A stretch of 64,000 nt of DNA from Candidatus Aegiribacteria sp. (GCA_021108005.1 JAIORS010000013.1:24291-88290), one strand, 5' to 3'. Shown: positions 28,562 to 38,869, numbered from the stretch's first letter. Translations and numbers: made by a program. The notes: a model not told the origin generated them from the sequence alone.

Positions 28562-31500
28562 TCAGTACCTTATGGTGTAATGAAGCTCCAGCGTAGGTTC
28601 CTGGTATCCGTGTATTGTGGTTCTGCTCGTTCCTTCAACGTAGAAATCAGAACTGAAGAGGTACTGGGCACTGAAAGTACCAGGGTCAGCGGAGAACACA
28701 TCACCCTTGTAAGAAACATATAGATCCGGTAGAACGTATTTCCCAACATTAAGAACAAGGCTTGTGGTATCTGAGAGAAGCTCGGGAGATATCTCGAATG
28801 TATCAAGGCCAATCTCATGCCTGAGATTCCGGGCAAGAAGATTTCCAAGCATCGTCTGAGCGACATTCTCAACCTCGGATCTGATAGCCGAGGAGTTCAT
28901 CTGCTGCATCTCGCTGTAGGTTAACCCGACTGCCAGCAGAGTAAGAATATCCTCCTGGGCAATCTGACCCATCGGTCCATCAGCGGAGAGGGTGACCTGG
29001 GGGTTTTCCACATCCCCCGATATTAGAATCGTAATCCTGTATTCATCATGGCTTATTACGCTTCGTACTGTTGTTTCAGCTGTTACGTTCAGCTGCATGG
29101 TGGGTGGGTTGCCCTGCAGTATATTCACCCGTCCTTCAGTTATCTGAAAATCCCTCGAAAGCAATGTAATTCTACCTCTTACGGCTGATACGTATCCATT
29201 GACAGTTGGCTTTCGCTCAAGAGTAAATATTCTGAGTTTGAGAGACATCTCAATATCAGCAAAATTCGTTCTGAACCACAGAGCTCCGGTTCCGGCCACG
29301 TCTATGGAGAGATCGAACGGCAATTCTCCAGATCCATCGGAGGAGGAACTTACCGGCTGAGGAATACCTACCGCTCCCTCAAGAATCTCCAGCTTGCCTG
29401 AGAGGACAGGTCGATCTTCCAGCCCTGTTCCATCAGAGTTGAGCGCTCCGGAACAGATAACAGCTCCCATCCCGGGTATGGCTATTTCCATATCAAACAG
29501 TGAGAAACTCAGGCGGTAATCACCAAGCTCAAAAGGAAAGAGGCTGATGATGTCCGCTTGCCAGCTGGAGGAAAAGTCTCCTGTACTCTCGCTACCGGCG
29601 CCCAGTGTGAACCGGGCATTGTAACTGCTTTCTGTAGTATCAGGATAATTCAAGTAGAAATTCACGTTGGGCAACTCAATTCCCAGAAGTGTAATGTAAA
29701 GGCGGCTGATTCTCGCGGACGCCTGAATTTCAAATGTATAATCCTCATCAGTTTTCTCGTACTCAGCTCTTGCGGAAACACTTGCGCCCATGGTTTTCAC
29801 CGGTAAGGGAAGAACGTAGAAAAGCCAGTCGCCAATATTGTTGATCTCAAGTTCGAGCCACTGGATCTTGTCAGCAAGCAGAGCGAACTCCGTTCCAGCC
29901 CAGATATCCCTGGCTCTCATCTGCAGACCGGATCTTACTCCGTTATTCCAGGCATAAATCCCGTTTACATTGAATGCGTTGTCTTCTGTTGAAACATCGA
30001 TGGTTATGCTGTCCATTTTAAATTGACCGTACGCCGGATCCGAAATTTTCCCTGTCAGAGAACCCTGAGCACCTGTTGTATCCATGAGATACGAAACATT
30101 GAAATTACCAACACCGGACATATCAGCAGGCAAACCGGAAAACGTGCTGAAGGAGCTGAAATCGAAGTTAACTATATCAGCATGCATCTCCGTTCTTTCC
30201 TCACTGAGAATCCCGGACATGGCAAGTTCTCCCACTGGAGGATCCAGCCAGAGTGTATCCAGTATGATTGTACCATTCTCAGTAAACCCTGATAGTCCTC
30301 CCGTGGTAATTACTCTCAGTTTTGAATGGGTAGCTCTTATCTCCTCAATCTTGAAGAAGGTCGTATCGCCTATTTCCACTTCCATTTCAGCCGAATATAT
30401 CCGGTCATCTGAACCGGTGAATGTTAATCCGTCTATTATGATATCATCATTGTCGAATTTTATATTCGCTGCTGTGTGGAAAACGTCCGAGATTACCCTG
30501 AGGCTGTCAATCAGAAGGGCAGCATCCGCTGTCATACTGCGGTTCGATATACTGAAAGTCCCATCAAGGGATGCAGTATCGGCCGATACTCCTTCAGTTA
30601 CGAAGCCAAGGACTTCAACACTGCCATCGAAATTCATCCCGAAGGTAATCCCAGTTATATTGTTTCTTGTGGAATAATTCAGAGAACCGTTGAATGATGC
30701 CCGTTCAGCGGATAATTCATCCATTTCAAGCCCTCTTACACCGGCAGTACCCTGGATATTAATGCCGAATTTTGTACCGTTCCCGTTCACGGAGAAAAAT
30801 GCGGAGGTGATATCGGGATATTCGACGGTATCGAGGTCCCTGATAAAGGATAGATCCATAATCTCACCATCAGCCTGCATTGTCCAGGATTCCGGTACCC
30901 ATCCCGGTCCTAAATGTCCATCACCGGTAAATGATACTTTGCTACTTCCGTTGTTGACATATCCGTCAAGATTGAAGGAGTTATCTGATAGAACAGCATC
31001 GAGGTGGAGCATCGAGACACTGACGATTCCAGAGGTTGACGCGGCAAGGTCGATGGTCGCGGTGCCATTCAGATTCGATGAGCCTGTTCCGCTACATTCT
31101 GCGGAGATGACGCCGGTAACATCTGTGGTCGAGATTTGCGTCAGATATTCAGCAATATCCGTATTTGCCATATTCAGGCGGATGGCAGCATTCCATCCCA
31201 GAGATTTTATGTCGAATCCGCCATCGAGGTTCAAATCAACATTATCAGTTACAAGGGACAGGTTCCGCACGGCGATACCACTAAGATCCGCTGTCAGAGT
31301 GTCCGCTTCAAAGGAAGCTTCCTTCCCGAATAGAACAGCACTCCCACGGGAAAGCGCCAGATCAACCTGAAGATCCGACAGCTTTCCTCTCAGGCTACCA
31401 TCAAGAAAAACCGACAGATCAACAGGGATATCAAAAGATGAAGTGCCCGCAAATCCCGATATTTCCAGATTAAGGGTTTCCTCCGAACCGTAAAGCGTTC

Positions 31501-32167
31501 CGGAGATCAGAAGTGATCCCGGGGCTGCAAAGCCTGTGAATCCGTCAGTTGTAACATCGCCATCAGACATCCGCAAAAGCCCGCTCCCGCCGATTCTGCC
31601 GAATCCGGGAAGATCGATCCCGGCTGAGTCAACATTCACAGCTACTCCGACCCCTCTCTCGATTGATGCGTCAAGGTACATGGAATCGATAAGGGTGCCC
31701 GATGGTTCAGTTATTATGCCATATCGCAGTAACAGCCTGTCTGTGCTGACAACAATACCGCCATCGATGTCATCAAGGATTGATATCAGTGAATCCGGCT
31801 GATCATCCTGAACATCTGATTCCGGAGAAAGCTGGATGTTCAACATGTCGACCATAACCTGGTCAACGTGTCTGCTTAAGAGGTAATCAAGAAGACTTCC
31901 GTCTATCTGAACTCCGGTTACTGCCACGATAAGACCTTCCGGATCAGATACGATAACCGAGTCGGCTGAAGTACTCCAGAAGATATCGGTACGCAAACCT
32001 TTGAAGATCAGTGTAACGCTTTCATCAGAAACGATACCACCGATTATCTTTCCTGTAGCATCCCCGAGAAACCCGCTGGCAAGAAGGATATATAGAGATA
32101 CTACCAGGAGCGCAAACCCCAGAAGTATCATCCTGATACATACAGCAACTCCCCGCTTTTTACTCAC
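28562..32167 (-). CDS. tamB: TamB-like translocation and assembly module protein (DUF490 C-terminus)
   Basis: 1201 aa. N-terminal membrane anchor, long beta-rich repetitive body, C-terminal block LVLNVGKYVLPDLYVSYKG.... Sits immediately downstream of an Omp85 gene. Confidence 0.8.
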   Translation of the reverse strand: MSKKRGVAVCIRMILLGFALLVVSLYILLASGFLGDATGKIIGGIVSDESVTLIFKGLRTDIFWSTSADSVIVSDPEGLIVAVTGVQIDGSLLDYLLSRHVDQVMVDMLNIQLSPESDVQDDQPDSLISILDDIDGGIVVSTDRLLLRYGIITEPSGTLIDSMYLDASIERGVGVAVNVDSAGIDLPGFGRIGGSGLLRMSDGDVTTDGFTGFAAPGSLLISGTLYGSEETLNLEISGFAGTSSFDIPVDLSVFLDGSLRGKLSDLQVDLALSRGSAVLFGKEASFEADTLTADLSGIAVRNLSLVTDNVDLNLDGGFDIKSLGWNAAIRLNMANTDIAEYLTQISTTDVTGVISAECSGTGSSNLNGTATIDLAASTSGIVSVSMLHLDAVLSDNSFNLDGYVNNGSSKVSFTGDGHLGPGWVPESWTMQADGEIMDLSFIRDLDTVEYPDITSAFFSVNGNGTKFGINIQGTAGVRGLEMDELSAERASFNGSLNYSTRNNITGITFGMNFDGSVEVLGFVTEGVSADTASLDGTFSISNRSMTADAALLIDSLRVISDVFHTAANIKFDNDDIIIDGLTFTGSDDRIYSAEMEVEIGDTTFFKIEEIRATHSKLRVITTGGLSGFTENGTIILDTLWLDPPVGELAMSGILSEERTEMHADIVNFDFSSFSTFSGLPADMSGVGNFNVSYLMDTTGAQGSLTGKISDPAYGQFKMDSITIDVSTEDNAFNVNGIYAWNNGVRSGLQMRARDIWAGTEFALLADKIQWLELEINNIGDWLFYVLPLPVKTMGASVSARAEYEKTDEDYTFEIQASARISRLYITLLGIELPNVNFYLNYPDTTESSYNARFTLGAGSESTGDFSSSWQADIISLFPFELGDYRLSFSLFDMEIAIPGMGAVICSGALNSDGTGLEDRPVLSGKLEILEGAVGIPQPVSSSSDGSGELPFDLSIDVAGTGALWFRTNFADIEMSLKLRIFTLERKPTVNGYVSAVRGRITLLSRDFQITEGRVNILQGNPPTMQLNVTAETTVRSVISHDEYRITILISGDVENPQVTLSADGPMGQIAQEDILTLLAVGLTYSEMQQMNSSAIRSEVENVAQTMLGNLLARNLRHEIGLDTFEISPELLSDTTSLVLNVGKYVLPDLYVSYKGDVFSADPGTFSAQYLFSSDFYVEGTSRTTIHGYQEPTLELHYTIRY

Positions 32168-32194
32168 GAAAGAACTTCCGACGAATTCAGTGTT

Positions 32195-34102
32195 CTAGAA
32201 AGCATGACCAATCCCAATGTATATTTTTCCCCTCTTGAGGGAATTTCTCCATGTTGGCGCAAACCCGTAATCAAGCCTTAGAGGCCCAAAAACAGTATGG
32301 TAGCGCAGTCCTATTCCCGTTCCAAATCCTGCCGTTTCAAGATCCACCTCTTCAAACGAGTTCCAGAGTCCCCCTGCATCCGTAAAAAGAACAACTCCAA
32401 GGTTTCCGGCTACTCTGACCCTTAACTCGAAATTCGAAAGAACCTCAAGCCGCCCCCCTACGGGGTTCCCATCACCATCCTTCGGACCCAGCGAATTGAA
32501 AGGATAGCCCCGGACAGTTGTTCCTCCGCCCAGGAAGAACCTTTCATCGGGAGGTATTGTGGTGTCATCACCGTATGGAAACGAACATCCGAGTCTCAGA
32601 CGACCGGCCAGGATGAAATCATCGTTCATTGGAAAGAACAGCCTGGCTTCGCTGGAAGCTCTGTAATAATCGCTCCCTCCAAGAAATCCTCCTGACAGTT
32701 TTCCCTCACCCATCATCCAGTGTCCCCGTAATGGATCAAGCACGGGGCTTCTTGTATCGTGTATGAGAGTTGAGGTTATGCTGGAAGTTGTTCTCCAGTC
32801 GGAAGTAGTGAAACTGCTATCAACCCATTCGTTGTACTTCTCATATTCCAGGCTGTAACCGATTGTGAACTTCAGGTGTTCCGAGATGTCCCTGGCGAAT
32901 GTGGAAGTAATTGAATAACTCCTCTGTCTGATACCGGGTGTGAAAAGGTAGAGGTAGCCCAGTTTCAACTGCCATTTCCATCTTGATGAAAATAGCCAGG
33001 GCTCTTCGTAGATAATCTCCGGTTCTATCATCTGTCCTTCCCTGGAACCGATGAATTCCAGGATGCGTATACCAATGGAAAGCCTCTGGTTATTACCCAT
33101 GATGTTGGGGTGAAGCCATGTGACACTTCCGATAACTGCCGATGGTGATACATAACCTGTACCCAGATCTACTCTCCTGTATCTGGTTTCACTTATAGAG
33201 ATATCAAGGTCAACGATACAACTGTCATTCTCAGACGGGCTGTAAGCGAATCTGACATCCTGGAACAAACCAAGTCCGTAGATATTGCTGATGGATTGTC
33301 TGAGCAGTTCCATATTAAGAGAATCGCCGGGCTGGATCAGTATCTCTCTTGTTATTACCTTTTCGCGGATGGTTTCCAACCCGGTAACTGAAACACTGCC
33401 AAGAAACGCCTGCATATTTTCGTCAATATTGCACTCCACAGCACGGTAACCTTTATGTCCGTCGGCCTCACTCATGCTGAGAAGATCGATATCGATGGAT
33501 GAATAAATGTAACCTCTTTCATTGTAAAGCTTAAGTACGGAATTTCTGAAGGAGAGAGTATCATCCGGTGTTATAGGTTCACCCGGAGACCCGGGATAAA
33601 CGGTGGCAAGTGAATCTGCAGAATAAATCATCGCACCATTGAATACAAGACCGGAGAGAATGCTTCTGCTTCCGGATTCAACTGAAATTCTGACGATGTT
33701 TATCTCATCATCCCACATAGGCCATTGAACGGTTACTTCTGCGTCGAGATATCCCAGATTATTAAGATTAACAACTATACCATCGCTAACCTGTATTGGC
33801 GTTATCCTTAGAAGGGATGCTCCAGTCTCAAGACCGGTTCCACTAAGAAGCTTGTGCTCCGAAACGGGATAATCTCCAGAGACATAAATGGAATCCACAA
33901 CAGGTTCTGTGAAAGAAGCGTATACAGCTGAAGGCAGGATCAGAAGCAGGAATAATGCTGTAAATGCTTTTACATTGAAGTATTGGCTTTGCAGTACGAT
34001 ACTGATTCCTTTCCAGGGGTTTGACAGCTGCAGTATCCGTATAAAGCACAATTGCGCAGAACGGGTACTCGGAAATATACACGTCAGCAAGTATAGTTCC
34101 AC
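32195..34102 (-). CDS. Omp85-family outer-membrane protein (TamA/BamA-like)
   Basis: POTRA-like N-terminal region. C-terminal surface-antigen barrel (GGGTTVRGY...; ends ...YIGIGHAF). The signal peptide (KAFTALFLLLILPSAVYA) begins about 45 aa after the only canonical start, so the true start is uncertain. Confidence 0.85.
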   Translation of the reverse strand: MELYLLTCIFPSTRSAQLCFIRILQLSNPWKGISIVLQSQYFNVKAFTALFLLLILPSAVYASFTEPVVDSIYVSGDYPVSEHKLLSGTGLETGASLLRITPIQVSDGIVVNLNNLGYLDAEVTVQWPMWDDEINIVRISVESGSRSILSGLVFNGAMIYSADSLATVYPGSPGEPITPDDTLSFRNSVLKLYNERGYIYSSIDIDLLSMSEADGHKGYRAVECNIDENMQAFLGSVSVTGLETIREKVITREILIQPGDSLNMELLRQSISNIYGLGLFQDVRFAYSPSENDSCIVDLDISISETRYRRVDLGTGYVSPSAVIGSVTWLHPNIMGNNQRLSIGIRILEFIGSREGQMIEPEIIYEEPWLFSSRWKWQLKLGYLYLFTPGIRQRSYSITSTFARDISEHLKFTIGYSLEYEKYNEWVDSSFTTSDWRTTSSITSTLIHDTRSPVLDPLRGHWMMGEGKLSGGFLGGSDYYRASSEARLFFPMNDDFILAGRLRLGCSFPYGDDTTIPPDERFFLGGGTTVRGYPFNSLGPKDGDGNPVGGRLEVLSNFELRVRVAGNLGVVLFTDAGGLWNSFEEVDLETAGFGTGIGLRYHTVFGPLRLDYGFAPTWRNSLKRGKIYIGIGHAF

Positions 34103-34241
34103 ATATGGTCAAGCATAATCCCAATAAGTGATTCGAGCTAGTATCCTGTCAAGTATTAGATGCCGTTAGTTTGCGAAACTATTCTGCGTTCCTGCAAGGC
34201 ACTGGTGAAGGCGGTTTGGCACGATATTCGAAGCACTATAC

Positions 34242-34364
34242 AAGAATGGATCTTTTATCGATATTGGTTGTGCAAATGGATATCTGATTGAGAAACTGGA
34301 TCAACCAGGAATTAGATATAGTATAGAGGAATGGGGCTTTACTCCAAGTGGCGGGAATACATAG
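34242..34364 (+). pseudogene. Fragment of a class I SAM methyltransferase gene (motif I only)
   Basis: Frame reads KNGSFIDIGCANGYLIEKLDQPGIRYSIEEWGFTPSGGNT*. IDIGCANGY is a classic motif I. There is no start codon and no downstream motifs. Confidence 0.4.
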
Positions 34365-34466
34365 AAGATTACTATAGGAGCGATATCGAATTATCACATG
34401 AATACAGCGGATTCGCGAACTCACAGCTGATTCAAAGCTATATGCAAAGAAAACGATAGGATACTA

Positions 34467-35204
34467 ATGGAAACTGCTGGATGGATAATTAAATTTCTTG
34501 TATTCGTTTTAGGTATTCAGTATCTAATTGGTCCAATTATAGTTTGGTGTACTCAGAAATTGCCGGAGAAATACGTTTTCAGATTAGTGGATTCAAAAAA
34601 GTTTCTATCCGAAAGGACTCCCACCTTTATAGCGCTGCATGAAGAAATACAGGATAAAGAATTCGAATATATTGATTCATCCGAGTTGAATATGAGTAAC
34701 ACATCAGTATGCTTCAGTATTTACAATCACTTTGATAAAAAAATAGTATGCACACTGGTAACAGCCCGGAGCGATTCTATTAATACAACTTATATAGAGT
34801 TCACACAGCTTTACAAAAATGGTTCCGTTTTAAATGTGTCCAATTCATCAATAATCAATATATACCCGACATCCGAAATGAGGTTATCCTTTAGATTTCC
34901 CCAAGTGAATGATTTTGACAAGCTGCTCACATATGCTGAAAAGCTGATTAATTCTAATAAGCAAAACGAACAAAGAATAACTTTCGAAAAAGGTAAGGAA
35001 TTCGAAACAGTGGAATCATATCTCAATATAGAGTTAAATGAGCTGATAGAAAGGGGGTGGGTACAGTCAAAAGTCGTAACTGGTAACCGACGCCTGACCA
35101 TCAAGGGAGCACTACTTATGACCTGGAAATCGGTTTGGCCAGTTAAGCAGATATTGAATAGAAGTGATATCGCATATTCAAAGCGAGCAATTGAAAATGC
35201 ATAG
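34467..35204 (+). CDS. Hypothetical protein with an N-terminal TM helix (no recognisable family)
   Basis: 245-aa ORF. Visibly AT-richer than the flanking genes. No motif recognised. Confidence 0.5.
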   Translation: METAGWIIKFLVFVLGIQYLIGPIIVWCTQKLPEKYVFRLVDSKKFLSERTPTFIALHEEIQDKEFEYIDSSELNMSNTSVCFSIYNHFDKKIVCTLVTARSDSINTTYIEFTQLYKNGSVLNVSNSSIINIYPTSEMRLSFRFPQVNDFDKLLTYAEKLINSNKQNEQRITFEKGKEFETVESYLNIELNELIERGWVQSKVVTGNRRLTIKGALLMTWKSVWPVKQILNRSDIAYSKRAIENA

Positions 35205-35293
35205 CTGGCAAAAAAGCGCGTTGGCCTTTCAAGGTAGCTCATTCGACGTTAGATCTTGACCAGATTGGGATTCAGTACCGTCACCTCCTGTAG

Positions 35294-35476
35294 CGGAAAG
35301 GAAACTGTAAACAGGCTGCTCCAATAGATCCAGATACAAAGGCTTTGGTTTCAAGTGGATACTCTAACAATCCTGTCATGGCTAACTTTCAGGATTACGG
35401 ATTCAGAGGTATCATCAAAAAGCCGTTCAATATACGTGAACTGAGCGAGTCCATGCTGAATCTTGTAAGCAACTGA
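35294..35476 (+). pseudogene. C-terminal remnant of a response-regulator receiver domain
   Basis: Frame reads ...IDPDTKALVSSGYSNNPVMANFQDYGFRGIIKKPFNIRELSESMLNLVSN*, the typical end of a REC domain. The expected preceding GKETV..LL piece is readable only in another frame (35296 onward). No N-terminal half is present. Confidence 0.55.
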
Positions 35477-35539
35477 GAAATCCGGCGTGCGGATAGTTTG
35501 TTATCTGCCCCCGTCATAATAAAGTCAAAGATTTTGAGA

Positions 35540-37588
35540 CTATCCCCTCAGCCAGGGTGTTGTGCTCGAATACTTTTCGATTTCAAGGTCCAGTGCGGTA
35601 GAGATTGTTTTGTATTCATTATCACCGGTCATGGAAGTGATTACCTTCACTATCAGGTTGTCTCTGTCCAGAACACTGGAGGGCATGTGAATCAGCATCC
35701 CTCTGGTAACCTTTTCTATGAACCTTGCAAGACGCCTTCCCGGGAAAATTTCCGGACTCGTTATAGATGGGTAATTCATTGGATCGATGATAAGAATGGG
35801 TAAATGGGCAGCATCGCACATTTGAGCTTCTTTTCTGACCTCTCCGTAAAGATCGCTCTCGTAAGGGTCCAGGCAGCCTACAGGCAGAGGTTCCGGGGCG
35901 CAGTCTGATATTAGAAGGATGAAGCTTCCCGTTTTGCCGGATGTAATGCTGCATCTTTTAAGAGTTCTTCTTGCAGTCGTCAGAGCTTCTGCCAGCGGCG
36001 TGTAGCCGGATGAGACCAGTTCCGCAACCCTTCCGTAAACTCGGAGCCTGTTCCTTGTTGGTTTGAAGTGAAGTATAGAACTGCCTTTGTGCATGGAGAC
36101 CAGCCCCACTTTTGACATGGGATCGAAGTGATCCTCAAACAGAGTCCTGAGTAGTTTGCTTAAACCGAAAAGATAGTTGCTTGATGATTTACTGGCATCA
36201 AGAACGATCATAACAACAGCCCTTGGCCGGGAGCTCCTCTCCCAGGCACGCCACCAGCGTTTATCAAGTGGAACCAGGGGAAGCTTTTCCCCTCCTGTGA
36301 CAGCCGCGATGACCGACTGGTATACATTCATTTTCCCGGCATCTCCGGTTGGAACAACACGTACAGGTTTTCCACGTTCCTGATCAACGGATGGTTTTAT
36401 CCTGGCGCTTTTCGACCCGAGGGACCCGGGCTGTGAACTTATTGAAATCCTGTCTACAAGTTTCTTGATGGCCCTGCTTTCCATGAACTCGGGGAATTCG
36501 GTTGTGAACATTCCATCCTGACTGTCCAGCAGTTTCATCTCTTTGCTCCAGACATTCCCTGTGTCATCATCATTCGAATCCAGGGCTGTAGATACAGAAG
36601 CGAAAACTCTGCTTCGGGAATTCCACAGTCGGAGAAGTATATCCGATGCCCCATATTTCGATCCTATGCCCCATCCTGCCTGGAGAGCGCTGACAAGAGC
36701 TTTCTCGGATGGGGGTCCCTCGAGTCCACATTTTCGTGTTCTATGGCCTGTCACCAGTACAGCGGCATCCCGGACATCGTCCCACAACACCTTCGTTCGT
36801 TCCCGCAGGGAAGCCAGGGCTCCAGCCGCTCTTGTGATAACCATCTCTGGCCTGTGCCCGTCCATCTCCAGATAACTCATCGCGAAAGCTATGGAAGCCA
36901 GGGTTCTCACCTTGACTCCCACCCTTGGAAGTCTTCTTCGAGCCTTGATTATCTTCTCTCTTAGAATAGCATCCTTCCGGCGATATTCAGCTGCCGCCTT
37001 CTCTCCGAGGTATTCAAATGCAAGCAGCCGCCTGATCAGAGCTTCTCTCTCCTTACCGCTTCCCAGGCTGCCGATTTCCACCGAGAGATCGAAGCGGTCA
37101 AGAAGCTGTGGGCGCAATCTGCCCTCATCCGGATCCATAGTGGCAAGCAGTTTGAATCGGCTGGTGGTGGATACTGAAATACCTTCCCGCTCAACGGTCA
37201 GTACTCCTCCGGCAGCACAGTCAAGGATAAGGTCTACAAGCCTGTCATTCAGCAGGTTCACATCCTCTATTAGAAGTATTCTGCCGTCTGCCCTTTTCAT
37301 GAGACCGGGATTCAGCTGTGCTTTTCCTGTACCCAGTATGGCTGAAAGGTCCAGGCTGCCGGTCAGATTCCCCTCGGTGACACCCAATGGAACTCTGACA
37401 ATGGCCTGGTCAGCATCAAGCTCCGGATGGAGGAAGCGGGTGGATCGCATCAGGACGCTCTTGCCTGATCCTCTTGTCCCCAGCAACAGTACCCCTCCAA
37501 GAGCAGGGTCAGTCATAATTATCTGAAGGGCTAGCTTGGCTTTATCCAGGCCCTGTATGGATGAGAATGGAATATCTTTCCCGAGCAA
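35540..37588 (-). CDS. Mg-chelatase subunit D-like protein (AAA+ N-domain plus C-terminal vWA/MIDAS)
   Basis: N-terminus DIPFSSIQGLDKAKLAL...GTRGSGKS. C-terminal vWA with MIDAS residues (VLDASKSS ... SGYTPLAEAL ... LISDCAP). TTG start 5 nt after the upstream stop. Confidence 0.8.
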   Translation of the reverse strand: MLGKDIPFSSIQGLDKAKLALQIIMTDPALGGVLLLGTRGSGKSVLMRSTRFLHPELDADQAIVRVPLGVTEGNLTGSLDLSAILGTGKAQLNPGLMKRADGRILLIEDVNLLNDRLVDLILDCAAGGVLTVEREGISVSTTSRFKLLATMDPDEGRLRPQLLDRFDLSVEIGSLGSGKEREALIRRLLAFEYLGEKAAAEYRRKDAILREKIIKARRRLPRVGVKVRTLASIAFAMSYLEMDGHRPEMVITRAAGALASLRERTKVLWDDVRDAAVLVTGHRTRKCGLEGPPSEKALVSALQAGWGIGSKYGASDILLRLWNSRSRVFASVSTALDSNDDDTGNVWSKEMKLLDSQDGMFTTEFPEFMESRAIKKLVDRISISSQPGSLGSKSARIKPSVDQERGKPVRVVPTGDAGKMNVYQSVIAAVTGGEKLPLVPLDKRWWRAWERSSRPRAVVMIVLDASKSSSNYLFGLSKLLRTLFEDHFDPMSKVGLVSMHKGSSILHFKPTRNRLRVYGRVAELVSSGYTPLAEALTTARRTLKRCSITSGKTGSFILLISDCAPEPLPVGCLDPYESDLYGEVRKEAQMCDAAHLPILIIDPMNYPSITSPEIFPGRRLARFIEKVTRGMLIHMPSSVLDRDNLIVKVITSMTGDNEYKTISTALDLEIEKYSSTTPWLRG

Positions 37589-37593
37589 ACCCG

Positions 37594-38673
37594 TCAGTCC
37601 CTGTCAGTCAGAATGGTTTCAGGATCGTAATAGCTGCCGCTATTCGACTTCCAGATTCTGGTTGCCTGGGTTTTCACCTGTTCGATAAGTTCTTCTCTGG
37701 AGGGAGGCTGGTTCATCCCTCCTGATCTTGTTCGATGACATACGCACAGCGGAGCCACCTTGAGGAGGGCTTCAGAATTCACTTCTGGCTTGTCCTCGAG
37801 GGCGGTCCAGGCAATAGCCGCTCTTATCATTACAAGGTCCGGCCTCTGACCGTCGACATTCAGCTCGGACATTGCTTCTGCAACCGTTTCTATTGCTGCA
37901 CTTGGCAGCTTCACATCATGAAGTCTTGAGCGGGCTGTGGATATGGTTTTCCTTAACCTCAGGACAGCCTTCTCATGAGCACGGCTGAAACGCTTCCGAT
38001 CACTCTCGTAGGCCAGTGTCCGCTCAATTATCTCTATTCTCATGCCGGGGTCCCTTTCGGTCCTTATGTCAACTGACATCGCGAACCTGTCCAGTATCTG
38101 TGGTCGCAGGTTGCCCTCCTCCGGATTCATGGTGCCTATAAGAATGAACCTTGCAGGATGGGTTACTGAAACACCTTCTCTCTCAACCGTGTTGAAACCG
38201 CTTGCACAAGCATCAAGAACATCATCGGTGATGTTGTCCGGCAAAAGGTTCACCTCATCAACATAGAGAACCTGATTGTTCGCTCTGGCCATGAGTCCCG
38301 GCTGGAATTTCTGCACACCCTCGCGCAGGAGAAGCTCCACATCTATCGTTCCAAGAAGACGATCCTCGGTAACCCCCAGCGGTACCGTTATCAGCTCTGG
38401 TCTCAAGCTGATGGGATCCGGAAGATTGCCGTCTTTCAGGGCTTTCCCGCAATCATCGCATAGGAATCCGTCGTTCACTCCCTCACAACCGTACGGGCAG
38501 TTTTCAACCACTTTTCGGTCAGGAAGTATATCCGCGAATGAACGGACGAGAGTACTTTTGCCGGTACCCTTCATGCCTGACAGGAGAACTCCTCCCATGC
38601 CCGGATCGACCGCCGCTATGGCCAGTGCGAGTTTTGCGTCATCCTGGCCGACTATTCCTGAGAATGGAAACAT
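37594..38673 (-). CDS. Mg-chelatase subunit I-like AAA+ ATPase (ChlI/BchI family)
   Basis: MFPFSGIVGQDDAKLALAIAAVDPGMGGVLLSGMKGTGKST, Walker B LYVDEVNLL, NPEEGNLRPQILDRF. Carries a Cys-rich insert CPYGCEGVNDGFLCDDCG. Confidence 0.9.
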   Translation of the reverse strand: MFPFSGIVGQDDAKLALAIAAVDPGMGGVLLSGMKGTGKSTLVRSFADILPDRKVVENCPYGCEGVNDGFLCDDCGKALKDGNLPDPISLRPELITVPLGVTEDRLLGTIDVELLLREGVQKFQPGLMARANNQVLYVDEVNLLPDNITDDVLDACASGFNTVEREGVSVTHPARFILIGTMNPEEGNLRPQILDRFAMSVDIRTERDPGMRIEIIERTLAYESDRKRFSRAHEKAVLRLRKTISTARSRLHDVKLPSAAIETVAEAMSELNVDGQRPDLVMIRAAIAWTALEDKPEVNSEALLKVAPLCVCHRTRSGGMNQPPSREELIEQVKTQATRIWKSNSGSYYDPETILTDRD

Positions 38674-38700
38674 TTTCTACCTTTCATATTAACCGGGTAA

Positions 38701-38719
38701 CAGTATCCTGAGGATACTG
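38701..38719. promoter_or_regulatory. Perfect 19-bp palindrome CAGTATCC-TGA-GGATACTG upstream of the chlI-like gene
   Basis: Read directly, 28 nt upstream of the ATG at 38673, in a divergent intergenic region. Confidence 0.35.
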
Positions 38720-38869
38720 CAAAACTGATTCACATAACATACAGGATTTCCAGCAACGGTTGAACTGATCAGGCCGGATCGATTATTATAGATGCATTAA
38801 TCATAGATCTGTTAATTCTGAATTATTGTCTTCTCTGAAGATAAACAGAATTCATAAGGAGGGCTACAT

